Notes: generated by a model not told the origin, from the letters alone. A stretch of DNA of 64,000 nucleotides from Gammaproteobacteria bacterium (GCA_021731145.1 JAKFXX010000007.1:5653-69652), one strand, 5' to 3'; counted from the first letter of the stretch, positions 21,549 to 31,865 are shown. Program-made: numbers and translations.

Positions 21549-22096
21549 TTAAAAATAAAATTAAAACATTATTTTTAATTGGCCCGATCCTGTTTCCGCT
21601 TAATGTCTATAGCGGTGATGTTAAGCCATTCATCGGAACTGAATTCATCACCTCAACCGTCGGTACTGCACGCGACAATCGAACCGCATTGCTCAACCTG
21701 GGGGTTGACTACAATCCGGTCAGTCTCGTGGGGGGCGGCATGAATGTGACGTTAGGTGATCAAAGTGGCAACGAAAGAGTCAGCTTAAAATCCGACGTTT
21801 TTGTAAAATACAATATACTTCCCGAGTCGCAAGTAAACCCGTTTATCCTGACGGGTGTGACAGGTGCGATACTGAATCGGCAGACCTGTCCCATGGAGCA
21901 AGTCGTTGGCGATAGCGCCACTCCTGGTCACGGGAACACCTGCGGATCAACACAGTTCAACTCGACGGGCGCCACCTATGGTTTAGGCGCCACGATCAAA
22001 ACCTCAAAAACGTCGGCTGTCATCATAAAATATTCAAATACGATGGGCAGCAAGAACGTTAACATGAACACAATCAGCGTCGGTGTAACATTCTAA
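21545..22096 (+). CDS. Small outer-membrane beta-barrel protein (8-strand class), lower GC than neighbours
   Basis: 183 aa. Signal peptide; alternating hydrophobic strands; terminal ...ISVGVTF with C-terminal Phe (OMP signature). ATGA overlap with the NHL gene. Visibly AT-richer by eye. Confidence 0.6.
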   Translation: MIKNKIKTLFLIGPILFPLNVYSGDVKPFIGTEFITSTVGTARDNRTALLNLGVDYNPVSLVGGGMNVTLGDQSGNERVSLKSDVFVKYNILPESQVNPFILTGVTGAILNRQTCPMEQVVGDSATPGHGNTCGSTQFNSTGATYGLGATIKTSKTSAVIIKYSNTMGSKNVNMNTISVGVTF

Positions 22097-22142
22097 GAGC
22101 CTATCCGTGCATGCAAAAGCAGCCAGTCTGGTTGCGCTTTAA

Positions 22143-23411
22143 ATGAGACTCCTCTATTCATCCATCTTATACCTGCTGACGCCTCTGGTATTGCTGCGTC
22201 TGGCATGGCGCGGATTGCGTGCGCCGGAGTATTGGAAGCGCTGGCCGGGGCGGTTTGGATTTTTTTCCGCTCCGCAGTTGAACGAGACGATCTGGATACA
22301 TGCCGTGTCGGTGGGCGAATTCCAGGCGGCGTTGCCGCTCATCAAGGCGCTGCAAGCACGTTATCCCGATGTACGCATGGTGGTGACGACCACGACGCCC
22401 ACCGGTTCGGCGAGGGTGCGGGCGGCGTTGGGGGATACGGTGTTTCATGTCTACGCGCCCTATGACCTGCCCGACGCGGTGCGGCGCTTTTTGGGGCGCA
22501 TCCGCCCGCGTGTGGCGATCATCATGGAAACCGAGCTGTGGCCCAATCTGTTCCATGGTTGCCACGCGCGCGGCATCCCCCTGATTCTGGCCAATGCCCG
22601 CCTCTCCGAACGCTCGGCGGCGGGTTACCGGCGCATCGCGGGATTGTCCCGTCAGACGCTGGGCAATCTCACGGCCGTCGCCGCGCAGACCCAGGACGAC
22701 GCACGGCGCCTGATTTCACTGGGCGCCGATGCTGCATGTGTTCACGTCACCGGCAATATAAAGTTCGACATAAGCATTCCGGCGAGTCTGCATGAACAGG
22801 CGGTTGCGCTACGCCAGGAGTGGGGCGCGGAACGCCCGGTATGGATAGCCGCCAGCACGCACGAGGGGGAGGATGAACAGGTGCTGGAAGCCTTTGCCGC
22901 CGTGCGCCAGACAGTGCCCGATGCCTTGCTGGTGCTGGTGCCGCGTCACCCAGAACGCTTTGCCAGGGTGGCGGCGCTGTGCCGCAAGCAGGGCTATGAG
23001 GTAGTGTTGCGAAGTGAACAAAGGCTGTGTAGTGCCACGACAGCGGTATTTGTCGGCGACAGTATGGGCGAGCTGATGCTGTTTTATGCGGCGTCCGATG
23101 TCGCGTTTACCGGCGGCAGCCTGGTTGCCACCGGCGGCCACAACATGCTGGAACCCGCCGCACTGGGCATCCCCGTCATTGTCGGCCCACACACCTTCAA
23201 TTTCGCGGAGATCAGCCGCATGCTGCTCAACGCAGGCGCGGCGCGGCAGGTGGATGGTGCGACGCAGCTCGCCGAGGTGGTGACGGCTTATCTCAAGGAT
23301 AACGATCTGCGCCGGGCGGCGGGTGAGAAAGGCCGACGCCTGGTGGAACAGAATCGCGGTGCGTTAATGAAGCTCGTGGATATCGTTCAGGCTGGTTACT
23401 CCTCCAGGTAA
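22143..23411 (+). CDS. waaA: 3-deoxy-D-manno-octulosonic acid (Kdo) transferase
   Basis: 422 aa. WIHAVSVGE and GGSLVATGGHNMLEPAALGIPVIVGPHTFNF motifs. Confidence 0.9.
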   Translation: MRLLYSSILYLLTPLVLLRLAWRGLRAPEYWKRWPGRFGFFSAPQLNETIWIHAVSVGEFQAALPLIKALQARYPDVRMVVTTTTPTGSARVRAALGDTVFHVYAPYDLPDAVRRFLGRIRPRVAIIMETELWPNLFHGCHARGIPLILANARLSERSAAGYRRIAGLSRQTLGNLTAVAAQTQDDARRLISLGADAACVHVTGNIKFDISIPASLHEQAVALRQEWGAERPVWIAASTHEGEDEQVLEAFAAVRQTVPDALLVLVPRHPERFARVAALCRKQGYEVVLRSEQRLCSATTAVFVGDSMGELMLFYAASDVAFTGGSLVATGGHNMLEPAALGIPVIVGPHTFNFAEISRMLLNAGAARQVDGATQLAEVVTAYLKDNDLRRAAGEKGRRLVEQNRGALMKLVDIVQAGYSSR

Positions 23412-25279
23412 GTATACCCCTCCAGCCCCGCCGCCAGTTCCCCCAGATACGCGCTGCGCTGCTCGCTGGTCAGCGGCGCGTTGTTGATCTTGGTGCGGTA
23501 GGCTTTGAGTAGATCAGCGGCGTCGAAATTAACATAGCGCAGCACCGATTCAACGGTGTCGCCGCGTTGCGGCTGCGTGAGGCGGTAACCACCGTCGGGG
23601 GTGAGTTCGACATTCACCGAGTCGGTATCGCCGAACAGGTTGTGCATGTCGCCCAAAATCTCCTGGTAGGCACCGACCAGGAAGATGCCCAGCAGGTAGA
23701 GTTGTCCCGGCTGCCAGTCGTGTACCGGCAGGGTGCTTTCCACGCCTTCGCGGTCGACATACTGGCCGATGCAGCCGTCGGAGTCGCAGGTGAGATCTTC
23801 GATCACGGCGCGCCGGGTGGGTTGTTCATGGAGCCGGTGCAGCGGCACGACGGGGAAGATCTGGTCGATGGCCCATGCGTCGGGCATCGACTGGAACAGT
23901 GAGAAGTTGCAGAAATATTTGTCCGCCAGCTTTTCGTTTAGCTCGTCCAGCGCCTCGCGGTGCGATTTGGCGCCCGGTTGCAGCAGCGTGCGCACCTTGT
24001 GGCAGGTGGCGAAGTAGATCTGCTCGGCGCGCGCGCGCTGCTCCAGGGTCAGTACGCCGTGGGTATACATGGCCTGTACCTCGGCCAGCCAGTGCTGCGC
24101 GTCGTGATAGGCTTCGAGCGCCGAGCGGCTGGAGAGGTTGGCCAGGCCATGCCAGAGATCCTGGATGATGAGCGGCTCGTTGCTGGTGGCGGGGGCGAGC
24201 GACGCCCCATCCGGGATGCGGTCGATGTCGGTGACGTTGGTGATCAGCACCGCATGATGGGCGGTCATGGCGCGCCCTGATTCGGTGATGATATCGGGGT
24301 GCGGCAGATTCTGTTCAGCGCAGATCTCCCACAAGGCATGCACCACGTTGTTGGCGTATTCCTCCACGCTGTAATTCATGGAGCAGAAACTGCGCGAGCG
24401 CGTGCCCTCGTAATCCACGCCCAGGCCGCCGCCGACGTCGACACAGGTGATGGGGACGCCCATGCGGTGCAGCTCGGCGTAATAGCGCGCCGCTTCGCGC
24501 ATGCCATTCTGGATGTCACGGATATTGGCAATCTGCGAGCCAAGATGAAAATGCAGCAATTGCAGCGCATCAAGCATGTCCGCTGCACCCAAGCGATCCA
24601 CGACCTCCAGCACCTGGGATGCCGAGAGGCCGAACTTGGACTTCTCGCCGCCGGTGTTCTGCCACTTGCCCGCGCCGATCGAGGCCAGACGCATACGCAT
24701 TCCCAACAGAGGCTTGATGCCCATGTTATGGGCTTCTTGCAGGATCAACTCCAGCTCGGAGAGCTTTTCCACCACGATGTACACGCGGTGGCCGAGCTGC
24801 TTGCCGATCAGTGCCAAGCGGATGTATTCACGGTCCTTGTAGCCGTTGCATATCACCGTGCCACCGTTGGGATGCACTTGCGCCAACACCGCCAGCAGTT
24901 CTGGCTTGCTGCCCGCCTCCAGCCCCACCCGTTCGCCGCCGTGGCTGAGGATCTGCTCCACCACGCTGCGCTGCTGGTTGACCTTGATGGGGTAGACGGC
25001 GGTAAAGCGCGCCTGGTAGCCATCCGTGGCCATAGCCTGGCCGAAGGCATTGCACAGGGTGTCGACGCGATCGTGCAGGATGCCGGTGAAACGCACCAGC
25101 ACCGGCAGAGCAAGGCCGGCCTGGCGGATCTCATCGGTCAGGCGATAGAGATCCACCCCGGCGTGTTTGCGGTCAGGGCGGGCCAGCAGGTGCCCTTCGT
25201 CGTTGACATCAAAATAACCGCCACTCCAGTGGGAGACGTTATAGGCGTCGCGGGCGTGCTGTATGTTCCAGTCGGTCAT
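23396..25279 (-). CDS. speA: Biosynthetic arginine decarboxylase
   Basis: Start taken at MTDWNIQHARDAYNV (the listed ORF extends 11 codons upstream). PLP-lysine region YPIKVNQQRSVVE. Full-length collinearity with SpeA. Confidence 0.92.
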   Translation of the reverse strand: MTDWNIQHARDAYNVSHWSGGYFDVNDEGHLLARPDRKHAGVDLYRLTDEIRQAGLALPVLVRFTGILHDRVDTLCNAFGQAMATDGYQARFTAVYPIKVNQQRSVVEQILSHGGERVGLEAGSKPELLAVLAQVHPNGGTVICNGYKDREYIRLALIGKQLGHRVYIVVEKLSELELILQEAHNMGIKPLLGMRMRLASIGAGKWQNTGGEKSKFGLSASQVLEVVDRLGAADMLDALQLLHFHLGSQIANIRDIQNGMREAARYYAELHRMGVPITCVDVGGGLGVDYEGTRSRSFCSMNYSVEEYANNVVHALWEICAEQNLPHPDIITESGRAMTAHHAVLITNVTDIDRIPDGASLAPATSNEPLIIQDLWHGLANLSSRSALEAYHDAQHWLAEVQAMYTHGVLTLEQRARAEQIYFATCHKVRTLLQPGAKSHREALDELNEKLADKYFCNFSLFQSMPDAWAIDQIFPVVPLHRLHEQPTRRAVIEDLTCDSDGCIGQYVDREGVESTLPVHDWQPGQLYLLGIFLVGAYQEILGDMHNLFGDTDSVNVELTPDGGYRLTQPQRGDTVESVLRYVNFDAADLLKAYRTKINNAPLTSEQRSAYLGELAAGLEGYTYLEE

Positions 25280-25391
25280 TGTAAAAGGGCTGATATAATG
25301 TGGAAGGTGCAAGAATTATAACGGGTTTGGTTTCATTCCGAGGGCGAATCTTCCATAATCTTGCGTCTTACATCTTATTTTGGGGTTTGGC

Positions 25392-26234
25392 ATGGCACTA
25401 GATACAAGCTGGTACACTGAGATCCACACGTCGGAAGGCTCCGCCTTTTCCTTGAAGGTCAAGGAGAAGCTGCACGACGTACAGACCCCTTTTCAGCGCA
25501 TCGAGGTCTATGAGACGGAAGGCTTCGGCACGCTGATGACGATCGACGGCCTGGTGATGGTTACCGACCGCGACAACTTCATCTACCACGAGATGATCGC
25601 GCACCCGGTACTGTTCACCCACCCCAACCCCAAGGATGTGCTGATCATCGGTGGCGGCGATTGCGGCACGCTGCGCGAAGTGCTCAAGCATCCGGGCGTG
25701 ACGCGGGCGCAGCAGGTGGATATCGACGAGGGCGTGACGCGCGCCGCCGAGCTGTATTTCCCGGAGTTGTGCGACTCCAACAATGATCCGCGCGCGGAGC
25801 TGTATTTCGATGATGGCATCAAGTGGGTGAAGGATGCCGCACCCGGCAGCTACGACGTCATCATCGTCGACAGCACCGACCCGGTCGGCCCCGCCGAGGG
25901 ACTATTTTCCGCCGCGTTTTTCCGCGATTGCCACCGTGCGCTGCGTGCGGGAGGCATTATCGTGCAGCAGAGCGAGTCGCCGCTGTATCACAAGAAACTG
26001 ATCAACGACATGTATACCGCGATGCGCAGCGCCGGGTTCGACAGCACGCTGACGCTGAATTTCCCGCAGTGCAGCTATCCCTCCGGCTGGTGGTCGGCGA
26101 CCATGGCGGGCAAGGGGGGTGATTTGTCGCGCTTCCGCGAGCAGGATGCGTCCAACAAGACCTTCAAAACCCTGTATTACAATGCCGCCATCCACCGCGC
26201 CGCGATGGCGCAGCCCGAGTTCATGACCACCTGA
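25392..26234 (+). CDS. speE: Spermidine synthase (polyamine aminopropyltransferase)
   Basis: [14 protein letters not shown] and [18 protein letters not shown] motifs. ATG at 25392, inside the listed TTG ORF. Confidence 0.9.
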   Translation: MALDTSWYTEIHTSEGSAFSLKVKEKLHDVQTPFQRIEVYETEGFGTLMTIDGLVMVTDRDNFIYHEMIAHPVLFTHPNPKDVLIIGGGDCGTLREVLKHPGVTRAQQVDIDEGVTRAAELYFPELCDSNNDPRAELYFDDGIKWVKDAAPGSYDVIIVDSTDPVGPAEGLFSAAFFRDCHRALRAGGIIVQQSESPLYHKKLINDMYTAMRSAGFDSTLTLNFPQCSYPSGWWSATMAGKGGDLSRFREQDASNKTFKTLYYNAAIHRAAMAQPEFMTT

Positions 26235-26253
26235 AGTGAGGAGTCCCCCCGCC

Positions 26254-28920
26254 ATGCGTAACCGGCAAAATCCGATATTATGCCGTATTGGCCTGGTTTT
26301 TTGCGCTGTGGCGGGCTTTTTCTCCGTTCTGCAGGCGAGCGCGGAAAGTTACACCATCACCGATCTGGGCAAGAATATTGTCCCCCATGACATTAGCAAT
26401 AATGGAATTATTGCAGGAGCAGGCGTGAATCAGTCATCTTTTGTGGCGATTGTGCGCAAAAATGGGACAATCCAGCAGGTCACTTCATCCGCGCTGGAAA
26501 GCCGGGCCAATGCCGTCAACAGTTCGGAACGAGTGGTGGGGTACGAGAAGGTGGACGCGACCCAGAAGCGTGCCTTTTTATGGCAGGAAAGCAAGGGGTT
26601 CACCCCCCTCGGTGCCGTCGAGGCCTGGGATGTCAGCGAGTTCGATCAAGTGACCGGAGAGGCGCTGGAAAATGGTCAACGCCGCGCCTTTCTTTACAAC
26701 GCCATGGCCGGCAGAATGCGGACGGTATCGCCGCTGCCGGGCGGCAGCGAGATCTGGGCCCGGGGTATCAACAGCTTCGCCGCCATTGCCGGCACCTCCT
26801 ATGCTGCCGACGGAGCGCCTCATGCCTTCATCTACAGTGACGTCAATGGTCTGCACCAACTGGACGAAAAACGCCTGCCCGGCTTCATCGGCAGCGAAGC
26901 GATGGCCGTGAACGATTCCAGTCAGGTGGTGGGTTGGATGTTTTCCGATTTCTCATCCAGCAATAGCAGCAAGCGGGCCTTCGTCTGGGTGCGGGGTCCG
27001 GAAATGCAGGATCTGGGCGTCATCGGCAAGGATGTCGGCAGCTCAGCCTACGACATCAACAACGCTGGTCATGTGGTGGGATATTCCGCGCTCAGCGATG
27101 GGGTTGGCATGACGCGTGCCTTTTTCCATGACAGAAAAAGCAGCGGGGTGGTCGCGCTGATGACCGGAGTGGTAAACGTTAATTCGCAGCAAATAGTGCT
27201 GGTTTTTCTCGGCACGGCCAGCAATGGGGTGTTCGTGAGCGGCGACGGTGGGGCGAGCATCGTCTCGCGCAACCAGGGACTGACTAATTCCAATATCACG
27301 GCGTTGGTGAGCGGCGGCACTAACATCCTTTATGCCGGCACCGCCGCTGGTGTATACAAGACCACAGATGCCAGCTTCAACTGGAGCGCTGTCAATACAG
27401 GGCTCGTTTATACCGACAATCTACAGAATCCGCCTGAGGTCATCCCGCGCATCAACACCCTGGTGGTCGATCCGAAGGACGCCTTGACCGTATATGCCGG
27501 CACGCCGGTTGGCGTGTACCGGAGTACCGATGGCGGTGCGAACTGGTCCGCCTTCAACGTGGGCTTCGCCCAGGTTCCTGCCATCAACAACCTGACCGTC
27601 GGTATCGCTGGCTCGAGTACCATTATTTATGCCGCCACCTCGGGCGGCGTCTATCAGAGTGTTGCTGGTGGGGGCTGGGGGTTGATCCAAGGGGATCTGC
27701 AAGAGCGGAACATTCAGGCCATCGCAGTGGGTGTGGGCGCGCTCTATGTCGGCATCTCCAATGGGGTATACAAGGGCACAGAAGCTGCGGGTAGTTGGCA
27801 GTGGACGGAGATCAACGACGGTTTACCCCCCAGTCGCTCAGTGCGTACGTTGCAAACCTACTGCCCCATCAGCGGTGCCTGTACCATATACGCTGGCCTG
27901 AGCGGCGGGCCGTACAAGCGGATCGAAGGCTCGACTACCTCCTGGGCGGGCCTGCCCAGTGCCGGCCTCACCAACAGCGACATCCAGGCTGTAGCTGTGG
28001 CGCCCACCACCCCCAGTCCGACCGTTTTTGCCGGCACCCAGAGTGGCATGTTCAGGATCACCGAGGGCGATACACGCTGGACGTTGACCAACAACATGCA
28101 GGACCTGAGTGGCCTGGTGGTGAACCGCGGCAACTGGATTTTGAGTAATGCATCGGCCATCAACAACGCGGGGCAGATCGTCGGCTGGGGTGTTCTCAGT
28201 GGCGAAATCCACGGCTTTCTGCTGACCCCTACCACAGGGGTGCCAACGGCGAAGCTCGCCATCACAAAAACCCTATCCCCCGGCCCTTACCAGCAATTTG
28301 TTCCGGTCACATACACCCTTACGGTAACCAATAACGGCCCCGACAAAGCCACAGGCGTGACGGTGGCCGACTGGCTGCCGGATAACGTCATTTTCCGCTC
28401 CTCGCAGGGTACGTCATGCGACGCCTCCAACGATAATATCCTGACCTGCAAAGTAGCCGATCTGGAGGCGGGCAAGAGCCTGTCCGTCAGGATTGTTGTG
28501 AGTCCAAATGGCCCGGATGTCACGTTTAACAACACCGCCCGCGTTATTGCCAACGAAGCCAATCCCGAGTTTTCCAGCATCGGCAACTCGTCGGTTGGCG
28601 CCTCGACCAACAAATGCTTTATCGCCACTGCTGCCTATGGTTCCTTCCTGGATCCGCATGTCCAGGCGTTGCGTGACTTCAGGGATGAACACCTGCTGAC
28701 CAATGCGCTGGGTCGAGACTTCGTTGCGTGGTATTACCGGAATTCCCCGCCTCTTGCGGCGTTTATCGCCCGGCATGAAGGCTTGAGGATGGCCGCACGG
28801 GCGGCGTTGACGCCCGTGGTATATGCGGTGAAGTATCCCTGGTCTGCCTTGGGACTGTTTCTAGTGGGGGCGGCGGGCCTGTTGATGGGCTGGAGGCGGC
28901 GGACTTTGCTGGCAACCTGA
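26254..28920 (+). CDS. Large secreted multidomain protein: HAF-family repeats + BNR/Asp-box propeller-like region + DUF11 repeat + [11 protein letters not shown]-terminal module with TM helix
   Basis: Signal peptide. HAF-type repeats (RAFLWQE, RAFLYN, HAFIYS, RAFVWV, RAFFHD, HGFLLTP). Asp-box [12 protein letters not shown]11-like [27 protein letters not shown]-terminal [28 protein letters not shown]...[16 protein letters not shown]. Confidence 0.7.
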   Translation: MRNRQNPILCRIGLVFCAVAGFFSVLQASAESYTITDLGKNIVPHDISNNGIIAGAGVNQSSFVAIVRKNGTIQQVTSSALESRANAVNSSERVVGYEKVDATQKRAFLWQESKGFTPLGAVEAWDVSEFDQVTGEALENGQRRAFLYNAMAGRMRTVSPLPGGSEIWARGINSFAAIAGTSYAADGAPHAFIYSDVNGLHQLDEKRLPGFIGSEAMAVNDSSQVVGWMFSDFSSSNSSKRAFVWVRGPEMQDLGVIGKDVGSSAYDINNAGHVVGYSALSDGVGMTRAFFHDRKSSGVVALMTGVVNVNSQQIVLVFLGTASNGVFVSGDGGASIVSRNQGLTNSNITALVSGGTNILYAGTAAGVYKTTDASFNWSAVNTGLVYTDNLQNPPEVIPRINTLVVDPKDALTVYAGTPVGVYRSTDGGANWSAFNVGFAQVPAINNLTVGIAGSSTIIYAATSGGVYQSVAGGGWGLIQGDLQERNIQAIAVGVGALYVGISNGVYKGTEAAGSWQWTEINDGLPPSRSVRTLQTYCPISGACTIYAGLSGGPYKRIEGSTTSWAGLPSAGLTNSDIQAVAVAPTTPSPTVFAGTQSGMFRITEGDTRWTLTNNMQDLSGLVVNRGNWILSNASAINNAGQIVGWGVLSGEIHGFLLTPTTGVPTAKLAITKTLSPGPYQQFVPVTYTLTVTNNGPDKATGVTVADWLPDNVIFRSSQGTSCDASNDNILTCKVADLEAGKSLSVRIVVSPNGPDVTFNNTARVIANEANPEFSSIGNSSVGASTNKCFIATAAYGSFLDPHVQALRDFRDEHLLTNALGRDFVAWYYRNSPPLAAFIARHEGLRMAARAALTPVVYAVKYPWSALGLFLVGAAGLLMGWRRRTLLAT

Positions 28921-28931
28921 TTCAGGTTTAC

Positions 28932-29396
28932 TTATTGAGTACACCACTTGTCAACCTCGCCGCGCGTATCTTCAATTAATTTTTTACGCTCATCCTCATT
29001 GAGCAGGCGCCGTTCGCCATCATTACCCGCATCAGTGAGCATCGCGGCAGCTTCGTATTTGCTTAGACGCTCCTTCATCCGCGTGCAGTTTTGCGTAATC
29101 TGCTCCCGCGCCTCTTTGGCGCTGGTGATGGTGTCATCCTGTTTTTTCTGTGCTTCCGGCTTGGCTTTGGGCGGCTTGCTCATGGCTTCTCGCTGTTGCC
29201 GCAGGCCTTCATCCACAGGTGGCGGGGGCGGGATATTGAGTGGACGTGCCGTGCTGTTCTGAGGCTGGTCACCATAGTGTATCCGGCCCTGGGCATCTAC
29301 CCATTTGTAAACGCCGGCAGCCTGCGCGGCTGCCCCGCAAACCAGGATCATCAGGCTTGCTGCTATCAAAGAGTGTCTCATTGTGTTTCCCGGCAT
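28932..29396 (-). CDS. DUF4124 domain protein
   Basis: Signal peptide, then GVYKWVDAQGRIHYGDQP (DUF4124 signature), then a charged coiled C-terminus. The start is probably the internal MRHSLIAAS (29381). Confidence 0.75.
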   Translation of the reverse strand: MPGNTMRHSLIAASLMILVCGAAAQAAGVYKWVDAQGRIHYGDQPQNSTARPLNIPPPPPVDEGLRQQREAMSKPPKAKPEAQKKQDDTITSAKEAREQITQNCTRMKERLSKYEAAAMLTDAGNDGERRLLNEDERKKLIEDTRGEVDKWCTQ

Positions 29397-29473
29397 TGCC
29401 TAACCCTTGATAGGTAGCGGCATTTTATGGGGAGCACTTGAGGGTGCCGCAACACGTCGATACGGGCAGGTTC

Positions 29474-29941
29474 TTACCTTACAGATATTCTCGCCCGGTT
29501 GTTGTCGATAGTCTTGCTGCCGATACCCTTGACCTGATCCAGGCCGTCAACGGATTTGAAGGGTCCATGCTGTTTTCTATAGGCGACGATGGCCTCTGCC
29601 TTCTGGAGGCCGATGCCCAGTAGTGCGTCGTCCAGGGTTTTGGCGTCGGCGGTGTTGATGTTGACTGGTTTCTGCGTAGTACCCGCTGTTTTTTGAGGAT
29701 CATCTTTTTCGGGGGCGTGTTCATTTGTCAGCGGTGCGGATTCGGTTTTTAGAGGCGCGGGGGTTGCGGATGAAGGCGGAATATTGAGTTCCTGTGCCTT
29801 TGCCTTTTTGCTGCTTTCAGGGTCATCACTGTAGTGCGTCTGGCCTTGCGCATCCGTCCATTTATAAATGCCGCTGCCGGCCCAGAGGGGAAGGGCTTGG
29901 GTGATTGTCAGCCAGAGGAGCGCCGTTATAGCGTGTTTCAT
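29474..29941 (-). CDS. DUF4124 domain fused to ComEA-type helix-hairpin-helix DNA-binding domain
   Basis: Start taken at MKHAITALLWL. GIYKWTDAQGQTHYSDDP, then VNINTADAKTLDD..GIGLQKAEAIVAYRKQHGPFKSVDGLDQVKGIGSKTIDNN. Confidence 0.75.
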   Translation of the reverse strand: MKHAITALLWLTITQALPLWAGSGIYKWTDAQGQTHYSDDPESSKKAKAQELNIPPSSATPAPLKTESAPLTNEHAPEKDDPQKTAGTTQKPVNINTADAKTLDDALLGIGLQKAEAIVAYRKQHGPFKSVDGLDQVKGIGSKTIDNNRARISVR

Positions 29942-29996
29942 GGTTGGTTTTCGGTTTGTGGGGGGAAGGCAATTATAACAAATTGCACGGGTCGGG

Positions 29997-30029
29997 TATT
30001 GTGCCCTCATTGTCACCTCATTGTGCCCT
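29997..30029 (+). repeat. Three tandem 11-bp repeats (tATTGTGCCCT / cATTGTCACCT / cATTGTGCCCT)
   Basis: Read directly. A fourth copy sits at 30089-30099 inside the amtB terminator loop. TATGGGTA(T/C)ATTGC is also duplicated (30050-30063 and 30101-30114). Confidence 0.8.
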
Positions 30030-30074
30030 TCACGGGCATCACGGTGATTATGGGTATATTGCTAGCCCCACACC

Positions 30075-30122
30075 AAAAAAAGCGGGCGCATTGTGCCCTT
30101 TATGGGTACATTGCGCGCCCGC
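30075..30122 (-). terminator. Rho-independent terminator after amtB
   Basis: GC stem GCGGGCGC.../...GCGCCCGC. On the minus strand it is followed by T7 (A-run 30075-30081 on plus). Confidence 0.8.
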
Positions 30123-30153
30123 GAACACTCACCTACTGCTCGGAAAAGACCGT

Positions 30154-31494
30154 TTACAGATTGTAACCCCGCTCGTTGTGCTGGGTAAGATCCAGCCCTT
30201 CGGTTTCCTGCTCTTCGCTCACGCGCAGCCCGATCACCGCATCCAGCACCTTGAGAATGACGAACGTGACCACCGCGCAATACACCACAGTGATGGCGAC
30301 GCCCTTGAATTGAATCAATAGCTGAGCGGCGATATCCAGATCGGCCTTCGATCCGCCCAGACTGGCGGCGGCGAACACGCCTGTCAGTAGTGCGCCGACG
30401 ATGCCGCCGATGGCATGCACGCCGAAGGCATCCAGCGAATCGTCATAGCCGAAGGCGCGCTTGATCTTGGTGGAGGCGATGAAGCACAGCAGACCTGCCG
30501 CCAGGCCAATCGCCAGGGCTCCGGTGGGGCCGACGAAGCCGGAAGCCGGGGTGATGGCGACCAGGCCCGCTACCGCACCGGAGGCGATGCCCAGCACGCT
30601 GGGTTTGCCGTGGGTCAGCCATTCGCTGAACATCCAGGCCAAGGCGGCGGAGCCGGTGGCGATCTGGGTGACGGCCATGGCCATGCCCGCCGTGCCGTTG
30701 GCGCCCACGGCGCTGCCTGCGTTAAAGCCGAACCAGCCCACCCACAGTAGTGAAGCGCCCACCAGAGTCATGGTGAGATTGTGCGGGGGCATGGCCGTGG
30801 TCGGGAAACCTTTACGCTTGCCCAGCACCAGCGCCGCCACCAGGCCTGCAATACCGGCGTTGATATGCACAACCGTGCCGCCGGCGAAGTCCAGAACGCC
30901 CATGTCCCAGAAGAAACCACCGTCGCCGCTCCATACCATATGGGCAATTGGCACATAAACGATGGTCACCCAGATGGCCATGAACCACAGCATGGCGGAA
31001 AATTTCATGCGCTCGGCAAACGCGCCGACGATCAACGCGGGGGTGATGATGGCGAACGTCATCTGGAAGGTCATGAACACCGTTTCAGGCACGGTGAGGG
31101 TGAGGCTCTCCACCGTTACGCCCGACAGGAACGCCTTGCTTAATCCGCCAATAAAGGAGTTGAGGTTGGTAACGCCCTTTTCCATGCCGGTAACGTCGAA
31201 GGCCATGCTGTAGCCGAACATCATCCACAGTATTGTGACGAGTGAGGTGATGGCGAAACATTGCATCATCACCGACAGCACGTTCTTGCTGCGCACCATA
31301 CCGGCGTAGAACAATGCCAGGCCGGGGATGGTCATCAGCAGCACCAGTGCGGTGGAGGTCAGCATCCACGCGGTGTCGCCGGTATTCGCGGCGGGGGGTG
31401 CGGCCGCATCGGCTGCGGCCAGGGCGGGCAATAACGCCGCAAACAGTGAAAACAGGACAGACGTTGCAGTTTTAATTTTTGTGTTGGGTATCAT
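30154..31494 (-). CDS. amtB: Ammonium transporter (Amt family)
   Basis: 446 aa. Signal peptide plus 11 TM. DFAGGTVVHINAGIAGLVAALVLGKR signature and twin-His region. Confidence 0.93.
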   Translation of the reverse strand: MIPNTKIKTATSVLFSLFAALLPALAAADAAAPPAANTGDTAWMLTSTALVLLMTIPGLALFYAGMVRSKNVLSVMMQCFAITSLVTILWMMFGYSMAFDVTGMEKGVTNLNSFIGGLSKAFLSGVTVESLTLTVPETVFMTFQMTFAIITPALIVGAFAERMKFSAMLWFMAIWVTIVYVPIAHMVWSGDGGFFWDMGVLDFAGGTVVHINAGIAGLVAALVLGKRKGFPTTAMPPHNLTMTLVGASLLWVGWFGFNAGSAVGANGTAGMAMAVTQIATGSAALAWMFSEWLTHGKPSVLGIASGAVAGLVAITPASGFVGPTGALAIGLAAGLLCFIASTKIKRAFGYDDSLDAFGVHAIGGIVGALLTGVFAAASLGGSKADLDIAAQLLIQFKGVAITVVYCAVVTFVILKVLDAVIGLRVSEEQETEGLDLTQHNERGYNL

Positions 31495-31517
31495 TTAAGT
31501 CATTCCTCCACTGCAAG

Positions 31518-31865
<348 letters not shown>

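Noticed and set aside
21545-22096. The small OM barrel as the porin component of an MtrB-like porin-cytochrome conduit.
   Set aside because: At ~160 mature residues it can form only ~8 strands, far too small to enclose a cytochrome (MtrB-type barrels have 26+ strands). Retained only as a possible OM anchor.
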